Source: an uncultured delta proteobacterium
Lineage (GTDB): Bacteria > Desulfobacterota > Desulfobacteria > Desulfobacterales > Desulfosalsimonadaceae
Reading direction: 5' to 3'
Length of the DNA: 64,000 nt
NCBI GenBank assembly: GCA_963826785.1
Contig: CAWGYD010000001.1
Span: forward strand, 816,472 to 880,471
The notes beneath the pieces were generated by a model. The model ran no database searches, was not told the origin of the DNA, and was given only the letters and a program-made list of their open reading frames with translations. A program made the position numbers and the translations under genes. This document shows positions 59,644 to 64,000 of this stretch, one piece after another; position 1 is the first letter of the stretch, and each line of letters opens with the position of its first letter.

Positions 59644-59659
59644 TGGCACAAAGATTGAA
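59644..59659 (+). promoter_or_regulatory. Sigma54-like promoter of the stress cluster
   Basis: TGGCACAAAGATTGAA (variant -12). Confidence 0.45.
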
Positions 59660-59745
59660 TTCTAAATAGCATGAATACATGAATTGCCCGGAAAGGGTTT
59701 TCCGGGAACACCACCCAAAAGACAACAGGCAAAGGAGTAACTGCC

Positions 59746-60060
59746 ATGAAAAAAAGAAACAGGTCAATCGGCTATTTTGTCATTATGATGCTCATCCTCA
59801 CCTTTGCGGCCTGCGCAGCGACACCCAGGCAGGAAAGTACGGGCGACTACGTTGACGATTCGGTCATTACGGCCAAGGTCAAATCTCAGCTGGCCGCTGA
59901 TGATTTTCTCAAATCATTCCAGATCGGTGTCGAAACCTACAAGGGAACCGTTCAGCTCAGCGGTTTCGTGGATTCCGCACAGGCATCGGAAAAGGCCGCC
60001 CAAATCGCAGGCTCGGTTCCGGGTGTCAAAGCGGTTAAGAACAGCCTTGTCGTGAAATAA
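59746..60060 (+). CDS. BON-domain lipoprotein (OsmY-like)
   Basis: Lipobox FAAC, DDSVITAKVK, GTVQLSGFV. Confidence 0.92.
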   Translation: MKKRNRSIGYFVIMMLILTFAACAATPRQESTGDYVDDSVITAKVKSQLAADDFLKSFQIGVETYKGTVQLSGFVDSAQASEKAAQIAGSVPGVKAVKNSLVVK

Positions 60061-60102
60061 ACCGGCAGGAAATGATAGACGCAAATTGAAAGGGGGCGGC
60101 AA

Positions 60103-60252
60103 ATGTTGTGGATAACTGCGGTCATACTGGTCATTCTCTGGGGGCTGGGATTTGTGAGCAGTTACACGATGGGCGGGTTTCTCCACATCCTGCTGGTGTT
60201 TGCCATCGCCGCTGTGCTGGTCAGCCTCATTCAGGGGCGGAGAGTCATTTAG
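60103..60252 (+). CDS. lmo0937-family small membrane protein (not in the ORF track)
   Basis: MLWITAVILVILWGLGFVSSYTMGGFLHILLV...QGRR. Confidence 0.88.
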   Translation: MLWITAVILVILWGLGFVSSYTMGGFLHILLVFAIAAVLVSLIQGRRVI

Positions 60253-60308
60253 GCAGCCACCTTTATTCATCTTGATTGTGCCCTGTAAGGACGGGAAGGC
60301 CGGACCGG

Positions 60309-60533
60309 ATGAGAACAACCATAATTTTGGCAGTCATATTGATTGGTATCGGGATCGTAGCTTTCGGGTATCAGGGGATCACCTACACGACCCGGGAAAA
60401 GGTTGTCGATTTAGGACCGATTGAAATGACAGCGGAAAAAACAAAAACGATTCCCTTGCCGCCGATCGTCGGCGGTATCGCGCTGGCGGGCGGCCTCTCC
60501 CTGCTGGTTCTGGGAAGAAAAAAGACTGCATAA
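60309..60533 (+). CDS. Small membrane protein (DUF3185-like)
   Basis: YQGITYTTREKVVDLGP..PLPPIVGG. Confidence 0.75.
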   Translation: MRTTIILAVILIGIGIVAFGYQGITYTTREKVVDLGPIEMTAEKTKTIPLPPIVGGIALAGGLSLLVLGRKKTA

Positions 60534-60649
60534 ATGTTCAGGTGACGGATGGTAGCACGTTGATGCGAAATGAATGTTGGCAACAGCCGTTTCAAATGAA
60601 TATCGCTTGGCAGAGCCAGTATAACTCAACCACAAATAGGAGAATGACA

Positions 60650-60829
60650 ATGAAATCGAGCATAAAAGATAACGCGGAAGGCAAGCTGCACCAGGCAAAA
60701 GGTACGGTTAAGGAAGTCGCCGGGATTATTGCCGGAAATGAAGACCTGGAAGCCGAAGGCAAAGGGGAAAACCTTGATGGGGAAATCCAGGAAAAGCTTG
60801 GCCAGATCAAGAAGGTGATGGGCAAGTAG
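60650..60829 (+). CDS. CsbD-family stress protein
   Basis: EGKLHQAKGTVKE..LEAEGK..GEIQEKLG. Confidence 0.9.
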   Translation: MKSSIKDNAEGKLHQAKGTVKEVAGIIAGNEDLEAEGKGENLDGEIQEKLGQIKKVMGK

Positions 60830-60922
60830 ACGCGTTCGCCATAACCGCCGGCCGGGGCTTAGAATACCGGCTCAATTTAAAAGCAGGCGAACCAAAGTCG
60901 ACAGACGAAAAGGAGTTTTGAA

Positions 60923-61372
60923 ATGAAAAAGACGATTTATATGAAAGCACTCCCCCTTTTTCTGCTTTTGAGCATGTTTGCTCAACTATCGGGTTGCGGC
61001 ACGATCCTGCACCCCGAAAGAAGGGGGCAGAACAGCGGACGCATCGATGCGGGAATTGCGGTTCTGGATGGCGTCGGGCTCCTGTTTTTCCTCATCCCGG
61101 GCATCATTGCCTATGCCGTGGATTTTTCGACCGGCGCGATTTATCTTCCGGGCGGAAGCTACTCCTCCAACTTTGATCCCGATGGCATCAAGATCGTGCA
61201 TGTCGATCCGGCCGAACTAAACGAAAAGCGGATTAAAGAGATTCTTGTCCGGGAAACAGGGATATTGAAAACAGTTGATCTAAATCAGGCAGAGGTCTGG
61301 CCGTTAGAGGAATCCGCGGATGTCGGCGCGAAGTTTGCCGAGATGAAAATATCCGGCTTCCAGACCCGGTAA
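60923..61372 (+). CDS. Conserved lipoprotein of unknown function
   Basis: LSGCGTILHPERRGQ, IPGIIAYAVDFSTGAIYLP. Confidence 0.75.
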   Translation: MKKTIYMKALPLFLLLSMFAQLSGCGTILHPERRGQNSGRIDAGIAVLDGVGLLFFLIPGIIAYAVDFSTGAIYLPGGSYSSNFDPDGIKIVHVDPAELNEKRIKEILVRETGILKTVDLNQAEVWPLEESADVGAKFAEMKISGFQTR

Positions 61373-61480
61373 TTTTTAAATTACAGGCTTTTCAAGGATG
61401 AACACCCCTTCTCTCCCCTTGTATGGGGAATTAAAGGGGGGCGCCGCGAAGCGGGGCCGGAAACTTTCAAGGAGAAAGCG

Positions 61481-61768
61481 ATGAAAGCAAATCAGCAGAA
61501 GTTAGAACCCGAAAATATCGATCAGTTAATGGCTGAGGCCGATGAACTCATCCATCAGATTCATTCCGATGCTATCGAAGACATGGAAGAAGCGCATCGC
61601 CTGAAGTTTGAACAACACGCTCAAAAATTCAATGAGATCAAATCCGAGGTTCAGGAAAAGATGAAGCAAAAAGAAACATCAGACATCGGTTCAAGTGCCG
61701 AGGGGATGCACGAAGCCATCCAGGACATCGTGAAAGCCATGCGGGACTTGAAAGAAAAGCTTTTCTAA
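61481..61768 (+). CDS. Hypothetical helical protein
   Basis: AAGGAG RBS; 95 aa. Confidence 0.65.
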   Translation: MKANQQKLEPENIDQLMAEADELIHQIHSDAIEDMEEAHRLKFEQHAQKFNEIKSEVQEKMKQKETSDIGSSAEGMHEAIQDIVKAMRDLKEKLF

Positions 61769-61865
61769 AAAGGGGATCATGTAAAAAATAAAGAAAGATG
61801 CTGGATCAGAATGGCCGATGGTTCCACAAACAGCTAACCAAAGCGTTTGCGACAGGGTGGGTGCA

Positions 61866-62231
61866 ATGATCATCATACGAACAATTATGAACGTGCTTCC
61901 GGAAAAGCAGAAAGAGGTTCTGCAAACGCTTGTTTCGTTGATCGAGATACCGGAAAAAGAAGGTGGATGCCTGAGCTATAACATCTACTGCGATATCAGG
62001 GACAATCATGTTTTTAATCTGATTTCGGAATGGAAAACCCGAAAGCATCTGAATCATCACATGCGCACCGACAGATTCAGCGTTCTTCTCGGAACAAGGA
62101 GCCTTTTATGCGAACCATTGAAATTTCAAATTTATTCGATTTCAGGTGCTGAAGGAATCGAGGCGGTCAAATCGGTGAGAGAGAAAATGGAACTGATTGT
62201 TCCCATATTACCGCGGAAGGAAGACTGCTGA
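61866..62231 (+). CDS. ABM-family (putative quinol) monooxygenase
   Basis: EGGCLSY, SEWKTRKHLNHH. Confidence 0.8.
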   Translation: MIIIRTIMNVLPEKQKEVLQTLVSLIEIPEKEGGCLSYNIYCDIRDNHVFNLISEWKTRKHLNHHMRTDRFSVLLGTRSLLCEPLKFQIYSISGAEGIEAVKSVREKMELIVPILPRKEDC

Positions 62232-62317
62232 TATGAACGTTCTTCTGATTTCAAACAGATTTGATTCTCGAATCTTTAAAGACCGCTCCATTCATTCTTA
62301 AACGAAAAGAGGAAAAA

Positions 62318-62443
62318 ATGGGAGACAAAGGAAAAAAAGATAAAGACAAACGCGAAGATCAAAAAAACGACAAGCATACACTCAAGGAAAAGCGGAAGCA
62401 AAAAAAAGACAAGGATAAGACTGGGTGGGAAACTGAAAAATAA
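62318..62443 (+). CDS. Small Lys-rich peptide
   Basis: GAGG RBS; MGDKGKKDKDK.. Confidence 0.5.
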   Translation: MGDKGKKDKDKREDQKNDKHTLKEKRKQKKDKDKTGWETEK

Positions 62444-62466
62444 AAGCAACGCAAAAAGGCAGATCA

Positions 62467-64000
62467 ATGACATCTGTTATTAAGTATTATGAAGGGATCA
62501 ACTCGGTTGCCGTCATCGGCAACTATATGCCCCGCCAGTGCGGTATCGCAACCTTCACCACGGACCTGGTGGAGGCGTTGTCCGCGGAAGCCCCTGATAT
62601 AAAGTGCTGGGCGGCGGCCATGAACGACAAACCCGAGGGGTATCCCTACCCGGAAAAAGTCCGCTTTGAGATCAATCAGAATAAGTTGACGGATTATCGT
62701 ATCGCATCTCAATTTCTCAATATCAGTCAGCCGGATATTGTCTGCGTGCAACATGAATACGGCATCTTCGGGGGGCCGGCCGGCAGCCATCTGCTGAAAT
62801 TACTGGGTGATCTGCGCATGCCGGTGGTGACAACGCTGCACACGGTTTTAAAAGACCCCGCACCGGAATATCGTGCCGTGATGAGCAAACTGGCCGATCT
62901 GTCCGACAAACTGGTGGTGATGAGCCATAAGGCTTTTGATTTCCTTAAAGATGTTTATGCCGTGCCCGATGATAAAATCGTTTTTATCCATCATGGCATT
63001 CCGGATACGCCGTTTATTGACTCAAGCTTTTACAAAGACAAATTCGGTGTGGAAGGCAGAAAGGTACTGCTGACCTTCGGCTTGCTGTCCCCGAACAAGG
63101 GCATTGAAACGGTATTGCAGGCGCTGCCGGCGGTTATCAGAAAACACCCCGAAGTGGTCTATATCATCCTGGGCGCGACACATCCGAATATTTTGAAATT
63201 CCATGGAGATGAATACCGGATCATGCTGCAGCAGCTCGTGCGGAAACTCGGCATCGGGGCTCATGTCATTTTCCAGAATCGTTTTGTCGAAATAAAAGAA
63301 CTGTGTGAGTTTCTCGGCATCGCCGATATCTACGTCACCCCGTATCTTGAAGAAGCCCAGATTACTTCCGGTACCCTTGCCTATGCCATGGGCACGGGCA
63401 AAGCGGTCATTTCAACCCCATACTGGTATGCCACCGAGATGCTGGCCGAAAACCGGGGCCGGATCGTACCTTTCCGCAATCCGGATGCCATGGCGGAACA
63501 AATCATCGACCTTCTGGACAACGATATCGAGAGGCACGCCATGCGCAAAAAAGCCTATATGTTCACCCGTGACGCGGTTTGGAAGGAAGTATCCCGAAAA
63601 TATATCCAGGTTTTCAGTGAAGTGCGGCAAAACCGCACCAAAAATCCGCGTCCACGGCATTCCTATGTTGAAAACATAAAGGCCATCACGAATTTCGAAC
63701 TTCCGGAGATCAAGCTCAATCATTTAAGAGCCTTTACCGATGATACCGGTATCCTGCAGCATGCCAACTATACGATTCCGGATCGCTCTTTCGGTTACTG
63801 CACAGATGACAATGCCAGGGCGCTGCTGGTGGCCGCCATGGGCCAAAAATATTTGCCGGCAAACGGCTGGGATCTTGATATCCTCAGCGGTCATTATCTG
63901 GGTTTTCTTCTGTATGCCTATAATGAAGAAAACGGGCGGTTTCGAAATTTCATGACCTATTCGCGGCAGTGGATGGAGGAAATCGGGTCCGAGGATGCGC
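62467..64000 (+). CDS. Glycosyltransferase family 4 with C-terminal glycosidase-like domain; runs off the window
   Basis: PRQCGIATFT, QHEYGIFGG, FGLLSPNKG, SGTLAY, GYCTDDNARAL. Confidence 0.92.
   Translation, partial: MTSVIKYYEGINSVAVIGNYMPRQCGIATFTTDLVEALSAEAPDIKCWAAAMNDKPEGYPYPEKVRFEINQNKLTDYRIASQFLNISQPDIVCVQHEYGIFGGPAGSHLLKLLGDLRMPVVTTLHTVLKDPAPEYRAVMSKLADLSDKLVVMSHKAFDFLKDVYAVPDDKIVFIHHGIPDTPFIDSSFYKDKFGVEGRKVLLTFGLLSPNKGIETVLQALPAVIRKHPEVVYIILGATHPNILKFHGDEYRIMLQQLVRKLGIGAHVIFQNRFVEIKELCEFLGIADIYVTPYLEEAQITSGTLAYAMGTGKAVISTPYWYATEMLAENRGRIVPFRNPDAMAEQIIDLLDNDIERHAMRKKAYMFTRDAVWKEVSRKYIQVFSEVRQNRTKNPRPRHSYVENIKAITNFELPEIKLNHLRAFTDDTGILQHANYTIPDRSFGYCTDDNARALLVAAMGQKYLPANGWDLDILSGHYLGFLLYAYNEENGRFRNFMTYSRQWMEEIGSEDA

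Overview
A 64-kb accessory region, probably from an anaerobic deltaproteobacterium. A Desulfobacterales-like host is inferred from gene content: an orange-protein (Orp) cluster, a Sec-containing CCG oxidoreductase, GEMM-I riboswitches and many sigma54 sites. Order along the window: (1) P-type ATPase end, DUF1003 and MtfA; (2) an exported 5'-nucleotidase behind a c-di-GMP-I riboswitch; (3) a metal/cofactor cluster (methyltransferase, DUF364, TsaA, MBL hydrolase, CobO, nitroreductase, TonB receptor, nucleoside-hydrolase/FmdE fusion) whose promoters share a TGAGCATATGCTCA palindrome; (4) inside that cluster, an integrase-less integron cassette array with 3 attC sites, UDG-like and NucS-like cassettes and a TA pair; (5) a selenoprotein Fe-S oxidoreductase (UGA plus SECIS); (6) an OrpR/sigma54-driven orp-like operon; (7) hybrid kinases; (8) an AT-rich kinase-RR-HD-GYP-pilT-pilT block whose first pilT carries a clean 840-bp in-frame piece of an IS701 transposase; (9) a CarH-type B12-binding module; (10) a second c-di-GMP riboswitch ahead of a PLC-like/DUF1254-DUF1214 fusion; (11) a ~10.8-kb Fic and arsenic/efflux segment bounded by ~100-bp direct repeats; (12) a general-stress cluster (BON, lmo0937, CsbD, GT4). 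All family calls come from motif recognition by eye; no searches were run. Several frameshifts and junctions may be sequencing or assembly errors.
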